Shown here piece by piece: positions 18,879 to 31,885 of a DNA stretch of 64,000 nucleotides. How positions within the stretch are numbered: position 1 is the stretch's first letter; each line of letters opens with the position of its first letter. This stretch comes from Torpedo marmorata (lineage: Eukaryota). The notes beneath the pieces were generated by a model, which worked only from the letters and a program-made list of their open reading frames with translations, searched no databases and was not told where the DNA came from. The stretch covers positions 14,446,001-14,510,000 of the forward strand of contig OZ360219.1 in the NCBI GenBank assembly GCA_977017645.1, given 5' to 3'. Both the position numbers and the translations under genes were made by a program.

Positions 18879-21318
18879 TAACCATATATAACCATATAAC
18901 AATTACAGCACGGAAACAGGCCATTAGGCCCTTCCAGTCCGCACCGAACCAAACATTCCTATCTAGTCCCACCTACCTGCACCCTGCCCATAACCCTCCA
19001 CTTCCTTCTCATCCATATACTTGTCCAACTTTTTCTTAAATAATAAAATTGACTCTGCCGCCACTACTTCTCCCGGAAGCTCATTCCACACCGCTACCAC
19101 TCTCTGAGTAAAGAAGTTCCCCCTCATGTTACCTCTAAACCTCTGCCCCTTAACTCTTAGCTCATGTCCTCTTGTTTCAATCTCTCCTATTCTTAATGGA
19201 AATAGTCTATCCACATCCACTCTGTCTATCCCTTTCATAATTTTAAATACCACTATCAAATCCCCTCTCAACCTTCTACGCTCCAAAGAATAAAGACCTA
19301 ATATGCTCAATCTCTCCTTGTACTCTAGATTCTTATACCCAGGTAACATTCTGGTAAACCTTCTCTGCACTCTCTCCACCTTGTTGATATCCTTCCTATA
19401 ATTTGGCGACCAGAACTGCACACAGAACTCTAAATTAGGCCGCACTAAAGCCTTATATAATCTCAACATCACTTCCCAACTACTATATTCTATGCAATGA
19501 TTGATAAAGGCCAGCATACTAAAAGCCTTCTTCACCACCCTATTCACATGAGTTTCCACCTTCAGGGAACGATGCACCGTTATTCCTAAATCTTTCTGCT
19601 CTTCTGTATTCATCAATGCTCTCCCATTTACTACATATGTCCTGTTCTGATTCTTCTTATCAAAATGAAGCACCTCACACTTATCAGCATTAAACTCCAT
19701 CTGCCATTTTTCAGCCCACTTTTCTAAGCAGCCCAAATCTCTCTGCAATCCTTGAAAACCTTCTTCATTATCCACTATTCCACCTATCTTAGTATCATCT
19801 GCATATTTACTAATCCAGTTTACCACCCCATCATCTAGATCATTGATATATATAACGAACAACAATGGGCCCAATACAGATCCCTGAGGCACACCGCTAG
19901 TCACCGGCCTCCAACCTGACAGACAATTATCCACTACCACTCTCTGGCCTCTCCCTTCCAGCCAATGTTCAATCCATTTGACTATCTCAGAATTTATACC
20001 TAAAGACTGCACCTTCCTAACTAACCTTCCATGCGGAACCTTATCGAAGGCCTTATTGAAGTCCATATAGACAACATCCACCGCGCTACCCTCATCCACA
20101 TTCCTAGTCACCTCTTCAAAAAATTCAATCAGATTGGTCAAACAGGACCTTCCGCTCACAAATCCGTGTTGAGAGTTCCTGATCAGACCCTGTCTATCCA
20201 GATATTTATAAGTACTATCTCTGAGAACTTTCTCCATTAAGTTACCTACCACAGACGTCAAACTTACAGGCCGATAATTGCCAGGCTTCCTCCTTGAACC
20301 CTTATTAAATAACGGAACCACATGCGCAATACGCCAATCCTCCGGCACTATCCCCATCTCTAATGACATTTGGAAAATCACTGTCAGAGCCTCTGCTATT
20401 TCTTCACTTACTTCTCTCAAGGTCCTGGGGAAGATCCCGTCGGGTCCCGGAGACTTATCCACCTTTATATGCCTCAAAAGCCCTAACACTACATCTTTCG
20501 TAATCCCTATATTCTCCATATTTACTCAATTTGCTTTTTTTATCTGGCATATCTCAATATCCTTCTCCTTGGTGAATACTGAAGAAAAGAAACTGTTCAA
20601 TATCTCCCCCATTTCTCTCGGCACCACACACAGTTTTCCGCTCTGGTTCTCTAAGGGACCAATTTTGTCCCTCGCTTTCCTTTTACCATTAACGTATTTG
20701 TAAAAAACTTTTTGGATTAATTTTCACCCTGCTTGCTATAGTCTCTTCATACCTTCTTTTAGCTTTCCTAATTCCTCTCTTAAGATTCTTTTTACATTCA
20801 ATGTATTTTTCAAACATCTCCTTTCCATGCTTCTTATACTTAATGTACGCCTCCCTTTTTTTTCGAACCAAGTTTCCAATATTCCTCGAAAACCACGGCT
20901 CTCTCAAACCTTTTGCCCCTCCTTTTAACCTAACAAGAACATAAAGCTTTTGCATTCTCAAAATCTGATCTTTAAAAGACTTCCATCTTTCTACTACATC
21001 CTGCCCATAAAACAAATTGTCCCAATGCACACCCTGTAAGTCCCTTCGCATCTCCTCAAATCTTGCTTTTCCCCAATCAAAAACCTCAACCCTTGGCCCT
21101 GACTTATCCCTTTCCATAATGACATTGAAGCTGATGGCATTATGATCACTGGACCCGAAGTGCTCGCCAACACAAACCTCCATCACTTGACCTATCTCAT
21201 TTACCAACAGTAGATCTAACACTGTTCCTTCTCTGGTCGGTACCTCTACATACTGTTGTAAAAAACTATCCTGCACACATTTCACAAACTCCAACCCATC
21301 CAGCCCTTTCACAGAATG
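18879..21318 (-). mobile_element. Young 5'-truncated CR1 LINE inserted in the Gypsy RT
   Basis: ORFs 20689-21435 and 18963-20519; TATGGTTA-type tail at left; Gypsy peptide LNLT resumes as EKCVF after the insert. Confidence 0.95.
18963..20519 (-). CDS. CR1 ORF2 reverse transcriptase region, 518 aa open segment
   Basis: KSPGPDG, YRPVSLTS, QHGF, GVPQGSVLGP, KYADD and LERRRLRGDL motifs. Confidence 0.85.
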   Translation of the reverse strand: MENIGITKDVVLGLLRHIKVDKSPGPDGIFPRTLREVSEEIAEALTVIFQMSLEMGIVPEDWRIAHVVPLFNKGSRRKPGNYRPVSLTSVVGNLMEKVLRDSTYKYLDRQGLIRNSQHGFVSGRSCLTNLIEFFEEVTRNVDEGSAVDVVYMDFNKAFDKVPHGRLVRKVQSLGINSEIVKWIEHWLEGRGQRVVVDNCLSGWRPVTSGVPQGSVLGPLLFVIYINDLDDGVVNWISKYADDTKIGGIVDNEEGFQGLQRDLGCLEKWAEKWQMEFNADKCEVLHFDKKNQNRTYVVNGRALMNTEEQKDLGITVHRSLKVETHVNRVVKKAFSMLAFINHCIEYSSWEVMLRLYKALVRPNLEFCVQFWSPNYRKDINKVERVQRRFTRMLPGYKNLEYKERLSILGLYSLERRRLRGDLIVVFKIMKGIDRVDVDRLFPLRIGEIETRGHELRVKGQRFRGNMRGNFFTQRVVAVWNELPGEVVAAESILLFKKKLDKYMDEKEVEGYGQGAGRWD

Positions 21319-22197
21319 AGAAAAGTGTGTCTTTAGCACCAAAAGGCTGGCAATCCTGGTGGAGCATGGGGCTATCGCCCCCTTCCCCGAGCGTATGCGC
21401 CCCCTACTGGAATTACCCTTGCCACAGAACTCCAAGGCTTTAAAAAGGTGCCTGAGGCTCTTCTCCTATTATGCCCAGAGAATGCCTAACTATGCAGACA
21501 AGGCCCAACCTCCAGTGAGAACCACGACTTTTCCCCCGTCAGCGGAGGCCCGTAAGCTTTCGAGAGCATCAGAGGCGAGATTGCCAAGGCGGGAATGCAC
21601 GCCATTGATGAATCCGTCTCTTTCCAAGTGGAAAGTGATGCCTCTGACTTCGCCCTGGCCGCCGCGCTGAACCAAGCAGGCAGACCAGTCGCATTTTTTT
21701 CCCGTACCCACCAAGGCCCCGAACGCAGGCACTCCGCCATCGAGAAGGAGGCACAGGCTATAGTGGAGGCAGTGCGCCACTGGAGGCACTACTTGGCCAG
21801 CAGACCATTCACCCTGCTGACGGACCAGAGAGCTGTCACGTTCATGTTTAACAATAAACAGCAGGGTAAGATCAAAAATGACAAAATCATGAGGTGGAGA
21901 ATTGAGCTGTCCACCTCCAATTATGAAATATGGTACCGGCCGGGTAAGATCAATGAGCCACCCGATGCCCTGTCCAGGGGAACCTGCGCCAGGGTGCAAG
22001 TTGATCGCCTCCAGGCCCTCCACGATAGCCAGGATCACAAGGCTCTACCATTACTCAGTGGAGAAAGTAAGGGAGCTGACTCGCAATTGCCAGTTCTGTG
22101 CCGAATACAAGCCTCAATTTTATAGACCAGATAGAGCCCAACTGATCAAAGCCACTCGCCCTTTTGTACGTCTCAGCATGGACTTCAAGGGGCCCCT

Positions 22198-24399
22198 TGA
22201 AGTCCATGTAGGCAAACATTTTGGGTCCAGTGACCATAATGTCATTAGCTTCAAGTTAATTATGGAAAAGGATAAGTCTGGTCCTCATGTTGGGATTCTA
22301 AATTGGAGGAAGGCAAATTTTGTGGAAATGAGAAAGGATCTAGGAAGAGTGGATTGGGATATGTTGTTTTCTGGCAAGGGTGTGTTAAGTAAGTGGATGG
22401 CCTTCAAAGGCGAAATTTTGAGACTGCAGAGTTTGCATGTTCCTCTGAGGATTAAAGGCAAAGTTAACAGGCATAGGGAACCCTGGTTTTCAAGGTATAT
22501 TGGTGATCTGGTTAAGAAGAAGAGGGAGGTGTATAGCAAGTATAGGCAACAAGGAGCTAATGAGGTACTTGAAGAGTACAGAAAATGCAAGAACATACTC
22601 AAGAAGGAAATCAGGAAGGCAAAAAGAAAACATGAGATTGCTTTGGCAGATAATGTGAAGGATAGCCCGAAAGGTTTCTACAAGTATATTAAAGGATAGT
22701 AAGGGACAAAATTGGTCCCCTAGAGGATCAGAATGGTCAACTATGTGTGGAGCCTCATGTAATGGGGGAGATCTTAACAGTTTTTTTGCATCACTATTTA
22801 CTCAGGAAACTGACATAGTGCATAAGGAAGGAAGGGAAACAAACAGAAGTGTCATGGAACATATGGAGATTAAGGAGGAGGAGGTGCTTGCTGCCTTACA
22901 GCGAATAAAGGTAGATAAATCCCCCAGGCCGGATATGATATTCCCTCGGACCTTGAGGGAGACCAGTGTAGAAATTGCAGGGGCCCTGGCAGATATATTC
23001 AAAATGTCCTTAGCCACGGGTGAGGTGCCAGAGGATTGGAGGGTAGCTCATGTTGTCCCGTTGTTTAAAAAAGGCTCCAAAAATAAACCAGGTAATTATA
23101 GGCCGGTGAGCCTGATGTCAGTAGTAGGTAAATTATTGGAAGGAGTTCTGAGAGATAGGATATATAGGTATTTGGACAGCCATGGGCTGATTAAGGGCAG
23201 TCAGCATGGCTTTGTGCGTGGTAGGTCATGTTTAACGAATCTTGTAGAGTTTTTAGAGGAGGTTACCAAGAAGGTAGATGAAGGAAAGGCTGTGGATGTT
23301 GTCTTCAAGGACTTTAGTAAAGCCTTTGACAAGGTCCCACATGGGAAGTTAGTTCAGAAGGTTATGACACTAGGTATCTATGGAGAGGTTGTAAACTGGA
23401 TTTGAAATTGGCTGTGTGGGAGAAAACAGAGTGATAGTGGATGATTGCTTCTCAGACTGGAGGCCTGTGACTGGGCCTCAGGGATCCATGTTGGGACCAT
23501 TGTGGTTTGTTGTATATATCAATGATCTGGATGATAATGTGGTAAATTGGATCAGCAATTTGCTGATGACACAAAGATAGGAGGTATTGTGGACAGCGAG
23601 GAAGATTTTCAAAGCTTGCCGAGGGATGTGGACCAACTGGGAGAATGGGCCAAAAAATGGCAGATGGAGTTTAATGCAGACAACTGTGAGGTGATGCATT
23701 TTAGAAGGGCAAACCAAGGTAGGACATACACAGTAAATGGTAAAGCACTGAGGAGTGCGGAGGGGCAGAGAGATCTGGGAATACAGATACATTGTTCCCT
23801 GAAGGTGATGTCGCAGGTGGACAGGGTTGTAAAGAAAGCTTTTGACATCTTAGCCTTTATAAATCAAAGTATTGAGTATAGGAGTTGGGATGTTATGTTG
23901 AAGTTGTTTAAGACATTGGTGAGGCCAGATTTGGAGTATTGTGTGCAGTTCTGGTCGCCTAACTACAGGAAGGATATCAATAAGATTGAAAGAGTGCAGA
24001 GAAGATTTATTAGGATGTAGCCAGGTCTTCAGAAGTTGAGTTACAGGGAGAGATTAAACAGGTTAGGACTTTATTCCTTGGAGCGAAGAAGATTGAGGGG
24101 AGATTTGATAGAGGTTTACAAGATTATGAGAGGTATAGACAGAATGGATGCGAGTAGGCTTTTTCCACTTAGATTGGGGGAGATAAATACGAGAGGTCAT
24201 AGTTTTAAGATGAAAGGGGAAAGGTTTAGGGGGAACATTAGTGGAAATTTCTTCACTCAGAAAGTGGTGGGAGTGTGGTGATGTGGTAAATGTGAGCTTG
24301 ATCTTAAGTTTTAAGAATAAATTGGATAGATACATGGATGGGAGAGGTCTGGAGGGTTATGGAATGGGAGCAGGTCAATGGGACTAGCGTTGTAATGGA
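22198..24399 (+). mobile_element. 5'-truncated CR1 LINE with frameshifts
   Basis: HFGSSDHN, YRPVSL, QFADDTK and FFTQKVV segments; TTCTATGGTTCTAT tail. Confidence 0.93.
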
Positions 24400-25220
24400 C
24401 GGCACAGACTAGAAGGGCCGAATGGCCTGTTTTCGGTGCTGTAGCATTCTATGGTTCTATCGGATTATTTTTAAATGGTTAAAGATTGCAGCATGATGTT
24501 GTGCAGAGGGATATGGGAGTGCTTGTGTATCAATCACAAAAAAATTGGATTGCAGGTGCAACAGGTAATCAAGAAAATAAATGGAATGTTGGCCTTCATT
24601 GCTGGAGGGATTAAATTTAAGAGAAGGGAGGTTTTGTTTCAGCTGTACAGGGTACTGGTAGACCACACCTGAAGTACTGTGTGCAGATCTAGTTTCCTTA
24701 TTTGGAAAGGATATACTGGCTTTGGAGGCGATGCAGGGGAGGTTCACCATGTTTATTTCAGAAGTGAGGGAGGTTAGCATCTCTTTTTTTTTTAATTCCC
24801 CCCCCCCTTTCGGGGGTTAGCTTCTTCGGAGAATTTAATACCTTGGGCCGATACCCATTGGAGTTTAGAATGATGAGGAGGGATCATATGGAAACATATA
24901 AATTATAAAAGAGATAGATAAGATCGAGGCAAGAAAGTTTTTTCCACTGGTGGGCGAGACTAGATCTCAAGACATAGCCTCAAGATTCAGGGGAGTAGAT
25001 TTACATGAGGAAGGATTGCTTTTCCCAGAGGGCAGTTAATCAGTGCAATTCTGGAATTCTCTGCCCAAGGAAGCAGTAGGAGCTGCCTTGTAAACTATAT
25101 TTAAGATAGTTTGATAGATTTGAATCGGAGGAGAATTAAGGATTACAGGACAAAGTCAAGTAGGTGGAGCTGAGTCCATGGCCAAATTTGCCATGGTCTC
25201 ATTGAATGGTGGATAAGGAT
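24400..25220 (+). mobile_element. Older CR1 3' region
   Basis: QVQQVIKKINGMLAFI..LYRVLV peptide and decayed 3' UTR. Confidence 0.7.
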
Positions 25221-26399
25221 CTTGAAACTCACTATACAACCCTAACCCTAACTCTCCTCCAGGACTACCAAAGATCTGTCAGCACTTCTGACACAACACA
25301 TTTTTTGCACGACCAGGCAAATAGGAATACTTATTATTTATTACTGAGTTCTTTTCCTTTTATATTTATTATCTATTTTTTTTTTGTAGCATCTTATGTG
25401 TTAACTGTACTTAAATTCTTGTTATTATGTTTTACATAACTGGGAAGATGCAGCAAGTAAGACTTTCATTCCCTCCGTACATGACAATATACTCAATCGT
25501 GCATCCATGAGGTGTGTAGATGATGGTGGGGGCAGGCAAACCTTGAACCTTATTAAACAAAACATTCTGTCAACATATTTAATCCAGATGAGTGCAATAC
25601 CAATGGCAGAAGTAGGTGGGGTCATGTGGGATGTTCTAGGTTGCACTGAGGTAAGGAAAAGATTGAGTGTGGTTTTGTTGTGGCTGTGGGAGAAGTGAGC
25701 AGGGGGCCAAGAGGCATGGAGTTCTTACACAGAAGCCCATAAAGGAAGCCTATTGCGCACCATTATCAATTGAGCCATTCTGGACTGTGCACTTGTTCAG
25801 TGGTCCACAGATGAACATATCCAGCTGGAACTCCTCCATGAGTCAGAGCTTGAATGTGAAACAGCTTGCAGGCATGTGGCGATGGTTTGAAGAGAGGTTG
25901 AGTTCTAACAGCATTGCTGCTTGAACGGCCTGTGAATCCCACAAGGACTGTGCCAAGAAATCCCTGGTCCCTTGGAAGAGAAGCATGGGAGGCCTTGCAC
26001 TAATTGCAGTGAAAACAGTCGGCTATTTAAAGTTCTTCCAGAATAACTCCTCTTATTGGCCACAAATGGAAATGATTTGCAAGGTTCAGAAAGAGCAAAC
26101 GGAGCTTAAAAAAAAATCGAAGTTGTCTTTTTGTGGAAATGCTCCAAATATGATGATCAAGGACAAAAATGTGTCAGATCAATGATATCTTCCTGGCAGT
26201 TGCTAACAAAGGAGAAGACCAGTCTAATTTTTTTTAACCATCACAGAAAAAGTTTAGAAATTGTCATATTCCACTATGACGTGGGAAGAAGCCATGCAGT
26301 CCCTCGAGTTTATACCAGCTCTCAGAGCAATTTCGGAAATCCCATTCTCCCACTTATTTCCCTGTGAGCTATTCCCTCTCACATGTCCATCAACTTCTC

Positions 26400-26622
26400 C
26401 CTGTTTCCACTACCATTTACCTGCTCTTGGTGTAAGTTACAGTAGCTGATTGATTTAACGGTCAACAAATCGTTGTTTGGTGGATAGAAACCAGGGCATC
26501 CAGAGGAAACTTGTGCTCTCACAGGGAGTATGTGCAAACTCTACAAAGACAGCGCCCGAGCTCAGAATTTAACCTGATTCACTTGAGCAGTGAGACCATT
26601 GTATTATCTGCAGAGCCACACA
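26400..26622 (-). mobile_element. Degenerate V-SINE
   Basis: Reverse complement of the SINE central domain (gaaaccagggcatccagaggaaac..gtgcaaactc..gacagc). Confidence 0.6.
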
Positions 26623-26849
26623 GGTGACTGGTAGCAATGTTATGAATACATTTGGAAAACATTGATAGCCAAAGAAATTACATATATGCTTTTTTCAAGA
26701 AAGCGATGAATTTCAACTGCTGCTGAGTTTTGCAGATTATACACCTTCTGACATTGTAAGGCTGGGACGGGCTGCAGAAACTTTCCTTGAACTTTCTGTT
26801 ATGTACAACACATTCAGGATCAGATGGGTTTTTAATATCGTATGTTGAC

Positions 26850-27400
26850 TTATTCAAAAATTTATATAGTGGCCTTACTGGTCATAAAGCCCACATACAA
26901 AATTTGTTGCCAAGCTTGGCTGGTGTCTTATCCCTTCAGGCCCAGGTGGAGCAGCATGCAATGTTGGTTAAGGATCAGCACAGTGCGTGATCTCATGAAA
27001 GATTCTGTAATTATGAAGCGATCACCCTGAGGCAATACTGTTGACAATGATAAAAAATGATTGCTCACATCCCAGGACTAACTTGGGAGCTGGCATTTTC
27101 AGGAAGCTGAATCTATCACAAGTGAATGGTCACATGAATATGGATCAGGCCTTTCAGGAATACTTGACACTTCACAGGGGAGCTTCATGTCAACATGATG
27201 TTGCTCAGTAGGCCACATCTGCTCTAAAATCATCCAGACCACACTGGATAAATGTGCCAGTGTCCTCAATGCTTGTGTAACAAAGACAACATGCTAATAG
27301 TAACGGAGACTTGAGGGCAAACACCTCAGGGCTGTAGAGAAATCTTCAGAATCTGCACCATCACAACATGTGCCTGATCACAGGAAATGTTTGCAAACAG
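26850..27400 (-). mobile_element. Highly decayed LINE RT remnant, RTE-like
   Basis: Minus strand ctggatgatttt..gcagatgtggcctactgagc resembles LDD..AD.VALLS, preceded by an SPLL-like segment; heavily frameshifted. Confidence 0.4.
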
Positions 27401-27414
27401 ATGGATTAAGACTA

Positions 27415-28482
27415 CAGAATCAGAATCAGAATTTATTGTCAAGTCAAGTCAAGTCACCTTTATTTGTCGTTCATTACCATATACACCGTAAGACGAGATA
27501 GCGTTTCTCCAGGACCATGAGCAGATGTACATAAATATCATAATACAATAAAAAAAACTATAACATGCTAATACACATATATATCTAAAAATTGAGGAGC
27601 CTGATGGCTTGGGGGAAAAAACTGTGGCACAATCTGGACGTACGAGCTCGAATGCTTCAATACCTCCTTCCAGATGGCAAAAGGGAAAAAAGTTTACAAA
27701 AGGGGTGTGAGAAGTCCTTCACAATGTTATTAGCCTTCCTCGTGCATCGTGTGTCATGAACAAGTCATGAAATTCGGTGTTCTGTGGCAGCATCATAGTG
27801 CAAACATTCATATTATTACCATCTTATGACATTTCTATTAAAAAAATATAAATAATAGTGCACGAAAAGTAAGTCAGTGTCTTTGGTTCATTGATTATTC
27901 AGGAATCTGATGGCAGCGGGGAAGAAGCTGTCCTTGTGCCGTTGAGTGCTCAACTTTAGGCTCCTGTACCTTTTTCCCGATGGTAGCAGAATGAAGAGGG
28001 CATAGCATGGGTGGTGGGGTTCTTTGAGGACAGAGGCTGCTTTTTTAAGACACCGTCTCGTGTAGATGTCCTCGATGGAGTGAAGTCTGGTGCCTGTGAT
28101 GTCACAGGCTGATTTAACAACCCTCTGGAGTTTATTCTTGTCCTGAGAGTTGGCGCCTCCATATCAGGCAGTGATGCAACCAGCCAGAATGCTCTCCACG
28201 GTACACTTGTAGAAGTTTACGAGAGTCTTCGGTGACATACTGAATCTCCTCAGACACCTCACAAAGTATAGCCGCTGACGAGCCTTCTTTGTGATTGCAT
28301 CAACGTGGAGGCTCCAGGACAGATCCTCGGAGATGTTGACACCTAGGAATTTGAAGTTCTTGACCCTCTCCACTACTGAGCCCTCAATGAGAACTGGGTC
28401 ATGTTCCTCTGACTTCCTCCTGAAGTCCACAATCATCTCCTTGGTTTTGCTGACGTTGAGCACAAGGTTGTTGTTGTTACAC
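27415..28482 (-). mobile_element. Rex1/Babar LINE 3' part
   Basis: NNLVLNVSKTKEMIVDFRR..FKFLG..ARQRLYF peptide; (ATTCTG)n tail with AATAAA. Confidence 0.88.
27442..27751 (-). mobile_element. Second-family Rex1/Babar 3' end nested in the tail of the first
   Basis: (GACTT)n tail; 3' UTR nearly identical to the end of 39390-40390; TGTCA on both sides (27437-27441, 27752-27756). Confidence 0.85.
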
Positions 28483-29345
28483 CTAGGAGGGGAAAACAAA
28501 GGAGGAATGTACTGTGAGGCACAGGAGAGATGTAAGATTCCTCATATATTTACTAAGGGCTTCAAGCCGTACAGTAAACTAAATGACACATTACTCCACT
28601 CAATTATTGTAGTAATCTCTGCAACAGTAAAATAAACATTTATGTGGTTATAAGACCTGTAAACCAGCCATTCCCAAGGTGGTAAACCTGTGAAATTTGT
28701 TGCCACAGGTGGTTGTGGAGGCCAGGTGTATTTAAGACAGAGATGAAAGGTTCTTGATTAGCCAGGGCATCAATGGTTATGGGGAGAAGGCCGGGCAGTG
28801 GGGCTGAGTGGATCAGCTCATGATTAAATGGCAGGGCAGACTTGATGGGGTGAATGGCCTCTTTCTGCTCCTATGTCTTATGGTCTTATGTCCACAAAAA
28901 AAAAACTATCTGCACTCTTGAAACACCATTTTTCTTTCTTGCATTAACTGAAACTGTGATTATTTATTATCTATCTATCTTTTATATTTATGATCTCCTT
29001 CAGTACTGGGGTAAATTAATGTATGCTATCGTTGTTGCTTATTTTAACTTAAGTACCTGTTTGGCTGTAGCAACTAAGAATTTTGGTGCATATGTACATG
29101 TATAACAATAAACATTATCATTTATCATAAATCTTTATCAGTCTTGATGAGAAGAATGCATATTAACATCTAAAGAGACACTTCAAGACTTCAAACCATT
29201 TTACAGTTATCAGTTGGATATTGTGTGAGTATCTGTATAATTAACTAGATTGTCAATAATGGACACATGTGAACAAGGTTGTGCATCAAGGTAGCAATGT
29301 ATGTGAGTGAAATAATTAGGAATGACGGCTTTCAGAGAAGTAGCA

Positions 29346-29885
29346 TTGCTATTACATATAAATCTGATGTAGATTTAGGGTTAGAGAGAATGCATGCAGA
29401 ACTTCGTTCAGCTATACCACTTGAAAAAATTACTTATAATTTACGTAAGATATATCATTTCTATTTGAAAATATGTAGCCCATATATAAAAACTGTTGGT
29501 TTAAGGATTTGAAGATCTCTGGATATCAGATCTGACTGGCGAACCTATGTTCCACAATAAAATTAGCTTATAGTTGTTCTTTTTTAGATTGNNNNNNNNN
29601 NNNNNNNNNNNNNNNNNNNNNNNNNNNNNNNNNNNNNNNNNNNNNNNNNNNNNNNNNNNNNNNNNNNNNNNNNNNNNNNNNNNNNNNNNNNNNNNNNNNN
29701 NNNNNNNNNNNNNNNNNNNNNNNNNNNNNNNNNNNNNNNNNNNNNNNNNNNNNNGGTGGGAGGGTTAGGGAGGGGAGGGAGGGAGGGGGATTGAAAATAT
29801 ATCACATGTATTTTGATAATTTTGCATTTTATAATATGTATTATCGAGTGATTTAAAATTTTAAATAAAATATGTTTTTTAAAAA
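29346..29885 (+). mobile_element. 5'-truncated L1 spanning the assembly gap
   Basis: LGLERMHAELRSAIPLEKITYNLR peptide; G-rich 3' UTR and A tail; 12-bp TSD AGAGAAGTAGCA (29334-29345, 29886-29897). Confidence 0.88.
29592..29754. other. Assembly gap, 163 N
   Basis: Run of N inside the low-complexity L1 3' UTR. Confidence 0.99.
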
Positions 29886-31065
29886 AGAGAAGTAGCACTG
29901 GAAACTCTTTGTCACAAAAGGTAAAATGGAACATCCCAGGGAGCACTTGCAGCTTTGCCTCATCAACACATTGTCAAAACCACTGGGCTGTTAATCAGTA
30001 ATCAAGAATGTATTGTGTCAAAACTGTTACCTGTATTTTGAATGTCTGTGAGTCTTATTTAATATCCTTTGCATCATATCAAATTACTCATTACATCAAT
30101 ATATTTGTACTCTGTGTGCTTTTATCTACAGCATTTTCTCCCTCCAGATTAAGATATTTTCCTGAAGTGCTCCACTACATTTACTGGAGATTACGTTATG
30201 TTTATGGACCCTAGTTTGGTCTCTACCACAAGTGGATGCTCTCTTTGCATGCATGTCACTTATTAACCTTCTTTTTCTCAAGAGACCTAATCAGTTCAAT
30301 CTTTCCAGCAAGTACATCTTCTCAATTCTAGTACTATCCTCGGGAATCACTTTTCACTTTCTCCAGTGCCTCAACTCCATTGCCTTTAAGATGGAGGCTG
30401 TAAAAAGTCTCCAAGTGCAGACTGACCAAGGTTTTGTACAAATTTAGCATAGTCACAGCTTTACCTTTCATCCGTTTTGCTCCTCTTCTCTAATTGCTCT
30501 TTAATTTTGCACGTGACCTCCATACTGTTTCTAAAGTGCACGATTGTACAATGTATTGAAATTCTTCGCCCAATTACAAATTTAATTTGAAACCAGTTTC
30601 TTTTGTGCTACTCTTGGCCAGTATTAATCACATTGTGCATCATCTGCGAATTTAGAATTGTACTTCCTCAGAACTTGAAGTGGAAATACAGCTAAATGCA
30701 GAAGAGAAAAATTAATGATGGTGCTTATCACATCAAAATGTCTCTAAGTGCTTTGTATAAACATGCTTTACTTTGAGATACAGCAATGGTTGAATTGAGG
30801 TTAAGCAACTGTGCATTTCAATAAACATGTAGCAAGGCAATGAGATAAATGGTTTTATGGTTATGTACACTGCCATCTGCAACATGACTCCAGCAAAGTT
30901 TCCATAGAAAGTCCAGGTTAATTATCCTGAGTGACAGGGCTGTGGTAAACTACTCTTTATCTGTTGAGAAGAAGATAAGTAGTGCTTTGCTAAAATTATT
31001 TTAATTCTTCAGCTGATTAAAGAGCTGTGCATCGCTTACTTAAACAAGTGACAATGATTCCACGT

Positions 31066-31885
31066 GATCCCACCACCAGACACATGTTCCCCTCTCCTCC
31101 CCTCTCTGGCTTCCGCAGGGACCGCTCCCTCTGTGACTCCCTTGCCCTTTCCTCTCTCTTCACCAATCGCCCCCTTGGCACCTACCCCTGTGACCGCAGG
31201 ATATGTTCCACTTGCACCCGCAAACCCTCCCTCATCATCATTCGGGGCCCCAAACAGCCCTTCTAAGTGAAGCAACACTTCACGTGAATCTGTAAGGGTC
31301 ATCTATTGCATCCAGTACTCCTCTACATCAGAGAGACTGGACGCAGACTGGGAGATCGCTTCGTTGAGCACCTCGGCTCTGTCCACCGCAATAGTGTGGA
31401 TCTCTCAGTGGCCACCCATTTAAATTCATTGCCCCATTCCCTTGCTGATGTGTCTGTCCATGGTCTCGTGCACAGCCGGACGGAGACCACCCACAAATTG
31501 ATGGAACAACACCTCATATTCCGTCTGGGAACCCTCCCACCTCCATCAACTTCTCTGGTTTCAGTTAGAAGGTCACCCCCCCCTGCAATCTTTCCCCATG
31601 TCTCCTTTCCCCCAGCTCTGTGTGTCTTTCTCTCCCTCTCTCTCTCTTCCCCTTTGTCTCCTTTAACAGAGCCAAAATCAATTCTCAATCTCTCCTGTCC
31701 TTTTATTATATCCAATTAACACCATTTGTTTGTTGGTCTGTACTACACCCAATCCCATTCTTCCTCTTTTTCCCCTTTTGCTCATACCTTGAGGAAGGGC
31801 TCAGACCTGAAATGTTGATAATATATCTTTACCTCCTATGGATGCTGCGAGACTGGTTGAGTTCCTCCAGCATCTCTGTGTTTTG
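31066..31885 (+). mobile_element. Decayed Penelope-like 3' fragment
   Basis: DPTTRHMFPSPPLSGFRRDRSL and YIRETGRRLGDRFVEH peptides followed by the terminal repeat. Confidence 0.85.

Larger units (their letters stand above)
16541..22197 (+). mobile_element. Decayed, 3'-truncated Gypsy element of the same lineage as 477-5006, interrupted by a CR1
   Basis: gag from ATG 16801 with stops and frameshifts; CSNCQRKGHYARVC, ATKSRRYS, YLDN, ESDAS, GKIKNDKIMRWRIEL and MDFKGPL match the intact element; no 3' LTR found. Confidence 0.92.

Noticed and set aside
21902-22699. In-frame integrase/CR1 fusion ORF, 265 aa
   Set aside because: Chance frame match at a breakpoint; both partners are truncated and disrupted.
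25238-25252. CCCTAA telomere-like units
   Set aside because: Only about 2.5 units, inside a decayed repeat.
25500-26320. Unassigned sequence with short ORFs
   Set aside because: No motif or exon structure I can support; needs a homology search.
29574-29946. ORFs containing X runs
   Set aside because: Artefacts of the N gap.
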